Part shown: in pieces, positions 17,414-26,281 of the stretch
Numbering within the stretch: position 1 is the first letter of the stretch
How the letters are laid out: each line of letters opens with the position of its first letter
NCBI GenBank assembly: GCA_963997395.1
Contig: CAXEMW010000003.1
Location: 1 to 34,877 of the forward strand
DNA length: 34,877 nt
Origin: an uncultured Planctomycetaceae bacterium
Lineage (GTDB): Bacteria > Planctomycetota > Planctomycetia > Pirellulales > UBA1268
Direction of reading: 5' to 3'
Position numbers and translations under genes: made by a program
The notes under the pieces: generated by a model
Told to the model about the DNA's origin: nothing
Seen by the model: the letters and a program-made list of their open reading frames with translations, nothing else
Database searches by the model: none

Positions 17414-20400
17414 ATGCGTTTCATCGCACTCTTTTTCATTTTTTCGACAACGACAGCATTATTTGCTGACACTTTAGAAAAACCGAATGTCATCATTTTC
17501 TTTATGGATGACATGGGGTATGGGGACTGCAGGGCGTACAACCCAGAGAGCAAAGTCTCGCTACCAAATATTGAGAATCTGTCTGCACACGGCATGCGAT
17601 TCACAGATGCACACAGCCCATCCGCTGTGTGTGCCCCATCGCGTTACAGCGTGATGACTGGCAATTATCCATGGCGAGGTCGCCTTGAAAACGGCACATG
17701 GATGTTTCATCAGCGATCCCAGATTCTTGACGGTCAGACCACACTTGGCCAACTCATGCAGACTGCTGGGTACAGTACTGCATTCCTTGGAAAGGTCCAT
17801 CTCGGCGGAACGGTCTTCAGCACGACAACCAAGAAACCTGTCTCCTGGAAATACGATTACCGCGACATCGACTTCAGCCGTAAATGGAAAGATGGACCAT
17901 CTGATCTTGGCTTCGATTTTACCTACAGTCTCCCCCAAGGCATTCAGGGCCCTCCCTACATTGCTTTTCGGAATGGCTTCCTCGACGGCAATCCTGACGA
18001 CCTCATTGAATGGAAACCGGGTGCGTATGGGGATTCCGTGATCCCCACAAAAGGTTTTGGTTTGAAACAGTGGGACTCATCCGTCGCTGGACCAAATCTT
18101 ATTCGTGAGGCGACAGGCTTTATCGACCGGCACGTGGAGGCAGACACTGGCAAGCCTTTTTTCATGCACTACTGCACTGAATCCTGTCATATTCCTCATA
18201 CCCCTCCCAAGGCATTGGCAGGAAAGTCCGTGCGAGGAACAGCAGGAGATGCACACCTCGACATGCTTCTCGAGGCGGACATTCAACTTGGCATGCTTGT
18301 TGCCCGTCTCAAGGCACACGGAATTCTTGAAAACACACTCATCCTTTTCACGAGTGACAACGGTGGACTTGCGCGTGGCAAGCCAGGCCACAAACTGCTT
18401 GGACACAACTCAAACGCACCGCTTCGGGGAAGCAAGGCCACCATATGGGAGGGAGGCCATCGGGTACCACTCATTGCGCACTGGGGAAACGGAACTCGAA
18501 CCGGCTCAACTATTACACCAGCAACAACGTCGTCCGCACTTGTCGGACTTCAGGATATTTTCGCAACACTTGCTGAGCTAACAGGCCAAACACTTCAAGC
18601 CAAACAAGGGCTCGACAGCCAGTCTTTTTTACCAGCTCTTCTTCAACAAGACCCTGTTCACCTACGGCACGAACTTCTCGTGCAAGCGAATGATGGAGAC
18701 GGGTGGGGACAAAAACTCGCAAAAGCGTTCCGGGAAGATCAATGGAAGTTGATTGCGACAAAGGACCGAAAGCCGCTGCATTTATTTAATCTGAACGAAG
18801 ACGTAGCGGAAGAACACGACCTCATTGATAGTCAGGAGCAGAAATCGCGTGTTGCAACGATGCTACGTGGCCTGAACAGAACTCTTGATAGCGACCGCAG
18901 TACCCCAACTACACGAGTTACTCGAAAACCCGTGGCACGCAACGACTCAGCATCATCCGATTCGATTTCTTCAGCCGAGCTCTTTACGCCAGTACACAAT
19001 TTTGCGATGAAGCCCGGTGTCATACCCGACGGTGTTCGTATCAACGCTGTTGGCAAAGGAAAATGGCAAGTGCAAGGTAAGACTCCTTTCACACTTCATT
19101 TCACACCAGAAAACACTGCGGCGTGGGACGCCTCGTCCTATCGGCTACTCGGAGTACCTGTCTGCAACAAGGAACGTGGAGTCGTCACTCTTTCGGCACG
19201 ATTGAACAACAGCAAGCCTCTCGGCTGGGGCCGGCACTGCGTTGGTTCTGCAGTCGCTCTTCGAGATGAGAAGACAACGATTGGATTCGTCTTCCCGACT
19301 ACAGAACCCCACTATGATGGACCAGCTGTGTTTCAGGATCAACTCGGAAAACCAAACGGCCACCGGCACCACTGGCGCAAGTTTTTTCCTGCTGACGTTG
19401 CGAGCATAGCTCTGGAGATTAACTCATCCAGCGGCAAGGCCGACATCGAGATCTCAGAACTCTTTGCTGCCTGGGAAGCCACCCCCGATCGGGAGCAAGC
19501 CCTTCACACCCTGCCCTACCTCGACCGCTTTGGACAAGTTCGGGCTGTGGAATGGCCCGGAAAACTTCATTCACTGGAACAACTCAAAGAAGAACTGCCC
19601 CTGGAACTTGCTGCAGCAGCGAAGGTCGAACGGGACGACATCAGCCACTACGGCGGCTGGAAAAAGGGACCACGCCTTGAGGCTACGGGTCGTTTTCGGA
19701 CAGAAAAGATTGACGGGCGATGGTGGTTTGTCGACCCGGAAGGGTATCTCTTTTTTTCTGCAGGCGCGTGCATCGCTGGTACTGAAGCCATGACACCTGT
19801 CACACCAAATCGAATCAAAGAGCATTACTTCGAACATCTGCCGACCAAAGGCTCTCCGTACTACTGGCTTACAATGCCGACGCGAGGCAAAAAAAACTAT
19901 GTGAATTTCCCCGCTCTGAACGCTGCAGAGTCCTTAGGAAATCGCTGGCAGGAAATCAGTCGAAATGGCATTCATGACCGGATGAAAATGTGGGGCCTTA
20001 ACACACTCGCTGCGTGGAGCAGTACAGAAATTCGCCAAGACAAAAAAACGCCGTACACGCTTCTTGCTTCTATCTGGTGGCTTACGGGTAAGAAAACACC
20101 TTCACCGTTTCGAGACGATTACGTCAAAGATTTATGTAAAGCACTCGAAAATTCTTCGTGGGCAAAAGACGACCCCTACTGCTTAGGCATTTTTATTGGA
20201 AATGAATTTGAGTGGCCGGATCACTTTTCCCAACTTGTTTTCGAACTTCAAGACGGTGACACGACAAAAGACTGGGTCGTTCGGCAGATTCGTCAGAAAT
20301 ACGCTTCGCTCGATCAACTGAACGAGGCGTGGGATACATCTTTTTCAAGCTGGGACCAGATTCTTCAAGATGGGGACACCACACATCGTGCATCTGCAGC

Positions 20401-21061
20401 AAAAGACATCGATCCTCTTTATTTTGAATTTGCTTGTGAGTTTTTCCGGAAATCCAAGCAGGCCATTGAACAGTCGCTACCCGGCACACTTTTTCTTGGC
20501 TGCCGGTGCCATCGAGGCCCAAACGTTCTTGGGCGTGCCGCTGTCGGTCACGCGGATGTGTTCTCAGTCAACGTCTACGACCATGAAGTTCGCTCATGGC
20601 AGGTCCCTGACAATGCTGACATACCGATAATCGCTAGTGAGTTTCACATTGGCGCGGCCGACCGAGGTGTCCCGAGCCCTGGGCTTTCCTCTGTCTGGAA
20701 CCAACGGCAGAGGGGCCTCGCATACGCCCGCTACCTGGCATCAGCACTCGCAAACCCAAAGTTTGTCGGCGTCCACTGGTTTCAATGGATTGATCAATCT
20801 GCTGGAGGCAGGCGGGACCGTGAGAACCATCAGGTTGGGCTTGTTGACGTGACCGGGCGATCACATGTTCCCTTTGTTGATATCGTCAGCCATGCAGCGA
20901 ACAAAAAAGCCGCCGTCCGCCATGCGAAACCTTCATCACCCATTCATGCACTGGAAAAACTGCTTAAAGACCTTCCCTCGAAAATCAAAGGCACATCCAC
21001 GACTTCGACAAGGAAACTTCCAGCAACAATGATGGTCTCAAGGATACCAGGAGCAAACTGA
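17414..21061 (+). CDS. Sulfatase / GH50 beta-agarase-like fusion protein
   Basis: N-terminal ~495 aa: PNVIIFFMDDMGYGD, VCAPSRYS, FTSDNGG, WEGGHRVP. C-terminal part: LDRFGQ..WPGK, GGWKKGPRLEATGRFRTEKIDGRWWFVDPEGYLFFS, RMKMWGLNTLAAWS, IGNE, DVFSVNVY, SEFHIGAADRG, VGVHWFQWIDQ, all typical of GH50. Confidence 0.9.
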   Translation: MRFIALFFIFSTTTALFADTLEKPNVIIFFMDDMGYGDCRAYNPESKVSLPNIENLSAHGMRFTDAHSPSAVCAPSRYSVMTGNYPWRGRLENGTWMFHQRSQILDGQTTLGQLMQTAGYSTAFLGKVHLGGTVFSTTTKKPVSWKYDYRDIDFSRKWKDGPSDLGFDFTYSLPQGIQGPPYIAFRNGFLDGNPDDLIEWKPGAYGDSVIPTKGFGLKQWDSSVAGPNLIREATGFIDRHVEADTGKPFFMHYCTESCHIPHTPPKALAGKSVRGTAGDAHLDMLLEADIQLGMLVARLKAHGILENTLILFTSDNGGLARGKPGHKLLGHNSNAPLRGSKATIWEGGHRVPLIAHWGNGTRTGSTITPATTSSALVGLQDIFATLAELTGQTLQAKQGLDSQSFLPALLQQDPVHLRHELLVQANDGDGWGQKLAKAFREDQWKLIATKDRKPLHLFNLNEDVAEEHDLIDSQEQKSRVATMLRGLNRTLDSDRSTPTTRVTRKPVARNDSASSDSISSAELFTPVHNFAMKPGVIPDGVRINAVGKGKWQVQGKTPFTLHFTPENTAAWDASSYRLLGVPVCNKERGVVTLSARLNNSKPLGWGRHCVGSAVALRDEKTTIGFVFPTTEPHYDGPAVFQDQLGKPNGHRHHWRKFFPADVASIALEINSSSGKADIEISELFAAWEATPDREQALHTLPYLDRFGQVRAVEWPGKLHSLEQLKEELPLELAAAAKVERDDISHYGGWKKGPRLEATGRFRTEKIDGRWWFVDPEGYLFFSAGACIAGTEAMTPVTPNRIKEHYFEHLPTKGSPYYWLTMPTRGKKNYVNFPALNAAESLGNRWQEISRNGIHDRMKMWGLNTLAAWSSTEIRQDKKTPYTLLASIWWLTGKKTPSPFRDDYVKDLCKALENSSWAKDDPYCLGIFIGNEFEWPDHFSQLVFELQDGDTTKDWVVRQIRQKYASLDQLNEAWDTSFSSWDQILQDGDTTHRASAAKDIDPLYFEFACEFFRKSKQAIEQSLPGTLFLGCRCHRGPNVLGRAAVGHADVFSVNVYDHEVRSWQVPDNADIPIIASEFHIGAADRGVPSPGLSSVWNQRQRGLAYARYLASALANPKFVGVHWFQWIDQSAGGRRDRENHQVGLVDVTGRSHVPFVDIVSHAANKKAAVRHAKPSSPIHALEKLLKDLPSKIKGTSTTSTRKLPATMMVSRIPGAN

Positions 21062-21235
21062 AAACTTACCCTTGCCATCATCAAGGTTCATGAACTTGGT
21101 GAAACAAAGAACGTGGTGTTACAGCATGCCAAGACGGCAGGTCAGCTGAAGGAAAAACTTAATGACTGGAAAGCGGAACTTGTCGACCCAAGATGGACCG
21201 GCTTGATGCAGAAAAAGAGCTACAAGTCGCCATGA
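21062..21235 (+). pseudogene. Degenerate sulfatase C-terminal remnant, in frame behind the TGA of the preceding CDS
   Basis: Reads GAN*KL...ELGETKNVVLQHAKTAGQLKEKLNDWKAELVDPRWTGL...*. This matches the sulfatase tail pattern GxWKL...DxGExxNL...L...L..W, with the TGA at the Trp position. Confidence 0.55.
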
Positions 21236-21386
21236 ATGACGCCGTTCCCACAGAGTCGTGCTGATGCTTCCATTTCGTCAAAAACTATTTGCACAATCCG
21301 GTACTGAAACTATCCCGTGTGGACTGAGCAGATCACATGTAAGATACTGTGGGTTCCCATATGTTGCCTTAGGTAAGGATAAATCA

Positions 21387-22967
21387 ATGAAATCATTTAC
21401 ATCCCCTTTCGCTGAATCACTCTGTCTGGTGGCAGCACTCGCAGGATTCGCTACAGCCCCAACACACGCTGCTGAAACTGTGGCAACACCAAATATCATT
21501 GTGATCATGGGCGATGACGTCGGCTACGGTGATGTCTCCTGCAATGGGGCAACAGCAATCACAACACCGAATATTGATGCTCTTGCTGAACAAGGGCTTC
21601 GATTCACCAGCGGATACTGCTCAGCTTCGACGTGCACACCGACTCGGTACTCTTTCTTAACTGGAAACTATGCCTTTCGTAAAAAAGGAACGGGCATTGC
21701 TGCTCCAACTGCTCCGGCAATTATCCAACCGGGTACCGCAACAATTGCCTCACTCCTTCGTGAGGCTGGCTACAACACTGCCGTAGTTGGAAAATGGCAT
21801 CTTGGGTTAGGCGGACCAAGTGGCCCTGATTGGAATGGTGAACTTAATCCAGGCCCACTCGAGATTGGTTTTGATACATGCTTTCTTCTCCCCACAACAA
21901 ATGATCGTGTACCGCAGGTATTTGTTGAAGATCATCATGTCAAGAACCTTGACCCTGATGATCCACTTTGGGTCGGTAAGAAGAATCCATCCATAGACCA
22001 GCCGACGGGCGTATCTGCACGCGACACACTTAAAATGGACTGGTCGCATGGCCACAACCAGACAATTCATAACGGGATAAGCCGTATTGGTTTCTATACC
22101 GGTGGACATGCCGCACGATTTCGTGATGAAGACCTTGCAGATACATGGGTCAAGCAAAGCAAGAAATTCATTAAGGAAGATCGACCGAAAGGCCAACCCT
22201 TCTTCCTATTTTTTGCCGCACACGAATGCCATGTTCCTCGAATCGTGCACGAACGATTTCAGGGTTTGTCACAATTAGGGCCACGGGGTGACGCCATCCT
22301 TGAACTTGATTGGTGCGTTGGGGAACTGACACAAACGCTGGCAGATGAAGGCCTGACGAATGACACGCTGATTGTTTTTTGTAGCGATAATGGGCCAGTA
22401 CTCGATGACGGATACAAAGATCAAGCCATTGAAAAAAATGGTTCCCATCACCCAGCCGGACCGTACTCCGGAGGAAAATACAGCGTCTATGAGGGTGGGA
22501 CGAGGACCCCGTTTATCACATGCTGGCCGGGCACCATTAGCCCGGGAGTATCTGATGAAATGGTATGTACGATCGATCTGGCAACGAGCCTCAATCACCT
22601 TGTCGATCACCACATTCACGATAACGACTGTCTCGACAGTCTTGATGTCAGCGATGCACTCCTCGGAAAGAAAGGAGCAAAGGGACGAGATCACCTGATT
22701 CAACAGGACAACGGGAATAACGGGAACTATGGACTGCGGGTTGGCAACTGGAAATTGCAGCGACACGAACGTGGTAGAGCACGCAATGTCGTCGTTGAAC
22801 AGGAACTCGCAAACACGACGGTCCCGAAATACCAACTTTTTGATCTCGATGCTGATCCATCAGAGAAGAACAATCTCTACGACACAGAAACAGAGCAGGC
22901 TAAGGCTCTTACGAAAAAACTGCAGGAAGCAATTGATAACGGACGTACGCGACCAACTGGTCGTTAG
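21387..22967 (+). CDS. Arylsulfatase-like Cys-type sulfatase
   Basis: ATG 21387 after AAGGA, preferred over 21258; signal peptide; PNIIVIMGDDVGYGD, TCTPTRYS, GKWHLG, FCSDNGPVLDDGY, GGKYSVYEGGTRTP. Confidence 0.93.
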   Translation: MKSFTSPFAESLCLVAALAGFATAPTHAAETVATPNIIVIMGDDVGYGDVSCNGATAITTPNIDALAEQGLRFTSGYCSASTCTPTRYSFLTGNYAFRKKGTGIAAPTAPAIIQPGTATIASLLREAGYNTAVVGKWHLGLGGPSGPDWNGELNPGPLEIGFDTCFLLPTTNDRVPQVFVEDHHVKNLDPDDPLWVGKKNPSIDQPTGVSARDTLKMDWSHGHNQTIHNGISRIGFYTGGHAARFRDEDLADTWVKQSKKFIKEDRPKGQPFFLFFAAHECHVPRIVHERFQGLSQLGPRGDAILELDWCVGELTQTLADEGLTNDTLIVFCSDNGPVLDDGYKDQAIEKNGSHHPAGPYSGGKYSVYEGGTRTPFITCWPGTISPGVSDEMVCTIDLATSLNHLVDHHIHDNDCLDSLDVSDALLGKKGAKGRDHLIQQDNGNNGNYGLRVGNWKLQRHERGRARNVVVEQELANTTVPKYQLFDLDADPSEKNNLYDTETEQAKALTKKLQEAIDNGRTRPTGR

Positions 22968-23049
22968 CAACGAACCAGATCTATAGAATGACAACAAAAT
23001 GCTACTTCGCATGCCTTTCACTACTTTTAACCTTTAGCCAAGACGACCA

Positions 23050-24309
23050 ATGAAGCTTCATGTTTCCTTCCTACTGTTTCTCACATGGGGCCTGTGTGCC
23101 CAGTGTGCTGAACTTGGAGTTATGTCTCCTGATCAATGGCCTCGTTTCCGTGGACCTGATGGCACAGGAAAAGCGACAGCTGAAACACTCCCTGCATCAT
23201 GGACTACCGAAGACTGGACGTGGCAAGCTGATCTGCCGGGAGTAGGACATTCTTCTCCCGTCGTATGGAATGAAAAAATTTACCTGACATCTGCCGATGA
23301 AGAGAGCAAAACCCGCCATTTGTTTTGCCACAATCTGCACACCGGCAAGCTCGTGTGGAGTCGTGATTTCCCAGGTGCTATAGAACGCCATCACAAGCAA
23401 AACAGCTCTGCCTCCAGCACGGTAACAGCCGACTTTCGCGGCATCTATTGGCTGTGGGGCACGAGCCAGAACGTTCGGCTTGAAGCCCTGACTCATGACG
23501 GAAAGTCACGATGGAGTGTTGATCTTGGCTCATATATAGGACAGCACGGTTTCGGTGGCTCACCCGTGGTCTGGGAGAACGTTGTCATTGTCCCACTCGA
23601 GCAGAACACTGAGGGAACTATCGTCGGAATTGATGCCAGCACAGGAAAGGTTCGATGGAAGCTACCACGTGACGGTGCCGAAAAGGCGGCTTATTCCACT
23701 CCACTCGTTCTGGCAGATACAGGGAGCGAACCATGCGCTATCTGCACAAGTAAAGCCCATGGCATGTATGCAATTGATCTTCGAACAGGCGACATCCTCT
23801 GGGAAAATAAATGCTTTCCTCTACGAACCGTCGCCTCGCCCATCTGTGCTGGAGATCTATTGATAGGCACCTGCGGTAGTGGTGGTGGCGGAAGTAATCT
23901 TCTTGTTGCCTTCAAACCTCCTGCAACAAAGAACGACACTGGTGAGATTGTTTATGAAGTACCTCGGAGTACAGCACCTTACGTTCCAACACCGCTGTTT
24001 TCTGAAGGCCGTCTCTACCTCTGGGGAGACAAAGGCGTCGTCACCTGTATCCACGCGGCACGTGGAGAAATCATATGGAAGGAACGCGTCGGCGGTAACT
24101 TCTCGGTGTCTCCAATACAGATCGGGGACAATATTCTTAATATTTCAAGTGACGGAGAGATGGTGACACTTGCTGACGGTGAGAGGTTTGAGATCACGGG
24201 AAGGCGGGAACTTGACGAAGAGTGTCGAGCGACTCCTGCTGTATCGAACGGCTTTCTTTTAGTCCGGACGAAAAGCAAGCTTTTGTGTATGAATATCTCA
24301 CCGAACTAG
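23050..24309 (+). CDS. PQQ-binding-like (BamB-like) beta-propeller repeat protein
   Basis: Signal peptide; WPRFRGPDG, LPGVGHSSPVV, repeated TGK/TGD..W blades, AYSTP, PYVPTP, CRATPAVS. Confidence 0.9.
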   Translation: MKLHVSFLLFLTWGLCAQCAELGVMSPDQWPRFRGPDGTGKATAETLPASWTTEDWTWQADLPGVGHSSPVVWNEKIYLTSADEESKTRHLFCHNLHTGKLVWSRDFPGAIERHHKQNSSASSTVTADFRGIYWLWGTSQNVRLEALTHDGKSRWSVDLGSYIGQHGFGGSPVVWENVVIVPLEQNTEGTIVGIDASTGKVRWKLPRDGAEKAAYSTPLVLADTGSEPCAICTSKAHGMYAIDLRTGDILWENKCFPLRTVASPICAGDLLIGTCGSGGGGSNLLVAFKPPATKNDTGEIVYEVPRSTAPYVPTPLFSEGRLYLWGDKGVVTCIHAARGEIIWKERVGGNFSVSPIQIGDNILNISSDGEMVTLADGERFEITGRRELDEECRATPAVSNGFLLVRTKSKLLCMNISPN

Positions 24310-24316
24310 GAACACT

Positions 24317-24740
24317 CTACTTCAACAATTCTTCCCATATCTTTTGCCCACCTGATTCAAGCCAAAATTGATCTTCGTTTGATAGCCGCTCACCTGCCTG
24401 CCTTTTCCTAATGAGTTGCTTCATCTCCTTGAAAAACTGCGTGTGCACGTCAACTCGCTTTGTTAAGAATGGCCCCCACACAGCATCTTCTTGATAGGTG
24501 TTCTCGTACTTTTTTATTACTTCGTAGACGAGACCATCGTAGCATGAAACTTCCTGATACACCTTTTCATCCCACTCGCCCTCAAGAATTTTTTTTCATA
24601 AGCTCAAAGTGAGTAGCAAACTGGATTGAGGAAAGGGTTACAACATCTTCAACAGGCTGATCACCTTTGGTTGGCTGGGAAGCCATTGCAACGGAGTTGC
24701 CAATCAGCCCACAAAGCACTGAAGCAACTACCCAAATGAT
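24317..24740 (-). pseudogene. Frameshifted hypothetical secreted protein (~140 aa if repaired)
   Basis: The upstream frame IIWVVASVLCGLIGNSVAMASQPTKG...HFELMKK ends at the A8 tract (T8 at 24589-24596). Removing one A joins it to ILEGEWDEKVYQEVSC..., which is the 24317-24562 ORF. A GAGGAG SD lies 7 nt before ATC at 24740. Confidence 0.55.
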
Positions 24741-24793
24741 AGAGTTACTCCTCGATCAAAAACTATTAGGACAACAAGCCCATACGTTGTGTT

Positions 24794-24961
24794 CTAGTCA
24801 AGCAACGTTTGTTCGAAACAATCTACCCCAGAGAGATCTTGCGATGCTTCAACAGGTGAGTCCTCTTCAACAGGCTGCCGCAAATCATCCCATATTGAAG
24901 GACCAACAGAGGCATAGAACATCTCGAAAACATCTAATTCTTCAGTTTTTTGTGACGACAT
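24794..24961 (-). CDS. Small acidic hypothetical protein (55 aa)
   Basis: MSSQKTEELDVFEMFYASVGPSIWDDLRQPVEED...; GGAAG upstream; same orientation as its neighbours; no recognisable motif. Confidence 0.35.
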   Translation of the reverse strand: MSSQKTEELDVFEMFYASVGPSIWDDLRQPVEEDSPVEASQDLSGVDCFEQTLLD

Positions 24962-25042
24962 AGCAACTTCCATAGGAATTGGTATTTCCATCCACAATTG
25001 TGGCAGGACGCTACGCGGAAGCAAGCAATGGCGCAATAGCAG

Positions 25043-25067
25043 AAAAAAGCCTGAAATTAAGCCTTTT
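25043..25067 (-). terminator. Possible weak terminator after the esterase gene
   Basis: Minus strand AAAAGGCTT-aatttc-AGGCTTTTTT immediately after the stop at 25073. Confidence 0.3.
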
Positions 25068-25072
25068 CCGTA

Positions 25073-26203
25073 CTACTCGCCGTCTCTACGAAGAACTCGA
25101 TCAAAGAATTTCTGCATTGCTGGCACTGTTTCAGATGCATGCTGCCGAAAAACACCATGCCCAGCACCGTCTATGCGTAGATACGTAACATCCTGGGATT
25201 TCTTTTCCTGAAAAAGAGCATGAAGATCATCACTCTGCTGAACAGGCACTGTTGTGTCCGCAGTACCATGCACCATGAGAAACGGGGGTGAAGAACGTGT
25301 CACATGCGTAACTGGTGAAGCCAACTCCATGGCCCGTTCTGTATCCTCCTCACCAAAGAGTGCTGCAGCGCGGCCACCACCACTTCGAACTTCTTCTCCC
25401 CACAAACGAAAGTTAGTCGGCGTTGCAGCACAGCAAACAGCCTGCACTGCACTCGAATAATCACGATTGGGTCCATCGCCTTCCAATTCGTTTTGTGCTG
25501 ATGAAAGACCAAGCATCGCCACAAGGTGTGCACCTGCCGAATTCCCATACGCACCAAAGTTATTGACATCAATTGAAAACTCTTCTGCATGGGCGCGTAA
25601 CCATCGAACAGCACACTTACAGTCCGCAATGCAGTCAAGAATCGTACCCTCATCTACCAGCCGATAGTTTATGGAAGCACACACGTACCCACGAGAGGCA
25701 TACTCAAGAGGATAGTCTCGAAACACTCCCGAAGCCTTGTCTCCGTTGCGCCATCCTCCACCATGGATAAAAACAATAACCGGACACGTTTCATCTTCAC
25801 GATTCTTAGGCAACATAAGGTCTAATTTCCATTTTTCATTGCCTTCTCGATAAGCGACATTCTCCCGGAGCTCCACATTGTCTGGCACCGAAGTACTAGC
25901 TGGCACCGAGTTCCTGCCAACTGCTCCTCCCTGCCCTCTCGCTTCACGTAATCTCTTGAATAACTGCGAGAGCTCGTCTTTCTCAATCAATCCACTCGAG
26001 TCTTGGTCAACCCGGTCAAAATTGGCCAGCATCCGACCCTTTGCTTCACTGCGACTGATTGCTCCATCGTCGTCCTCGTCCATCTGCTTAAGAGCCCACT
26101 GCATGCCCTGCGACTGCTGAGCAACAGCCGTCTGAATTTGGCTGATGGAACCAACCGAGACATAGAATGCGACTAAAAAAATAAAAAGACTGCCCTGTTT
26201 CAC
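25073..26203 (-). CDS. Secreted alpha/beta-hydrolase (HSL/BD-FAE-like carboxylesterase) with N-terminal EF-hand pair
   Basis: GTG start after AAGGAG; EF loops DEDDDGAISRSE and DQDSSGLIEKDE; IHGGGW, INYRL, GNSAGAHL, HGTADTTVP, GAGHG (Ser-Asp-His triad). Confidence 0.92.
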   Translation of the reverse strand: MKQGSLFIFLVAFYVSVGSISQIQTAVAQQSQGMQWALKQMDEDDDGAISRSEAKGRMLANFDRVDQDSSGLIEKDELSQLFKRLREARGQGGAVGRNSVPASTSVPDNVELRENVAYREGNEKWKLDLMLPKNREDETCPVIVFIHGGGWRNGDKASGVFRDYPLEYASRGYVCASINYRLVDEGTILDCIADCKCAVRWLRAHAEEFSIDVNNFGAYGNSAGAHLVAMLGLSSAQNELEGDGPNRDYSSAVQAVCCAATPTNFRLWGEEVRSGGGRAAALFGEEDTERAMELASPVTHVTRSSPPFLMVHGTADTTVPVQQSDDLHALFQEKKSQDVTYLRIDGAGHGVFRQHASETVPAMQKFFDRVLRRDGE

Positions 26204-26281
26204 AATTCCATCTCCTTAAACAAACCAAAAATATCCCCAAGAAGCACACCGTATCACAGAACGATGCTGCAAGGAAATTAT

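Noticed and set aside
21059-21061. TGA as Trp (alternative genetic code) or selenocysteine
   Set aside because: TGA terminates other intact genes here (for example at 6942 and 12965), the position corresponds to Trp rather than Cys, and no SECIS-like hairpin is evident.
24667-24963. 98-aa plus-strand ORF
   Set aside because: TTG start without an SD and no motif; it overlaps the better-supported minus-strand reading frames.
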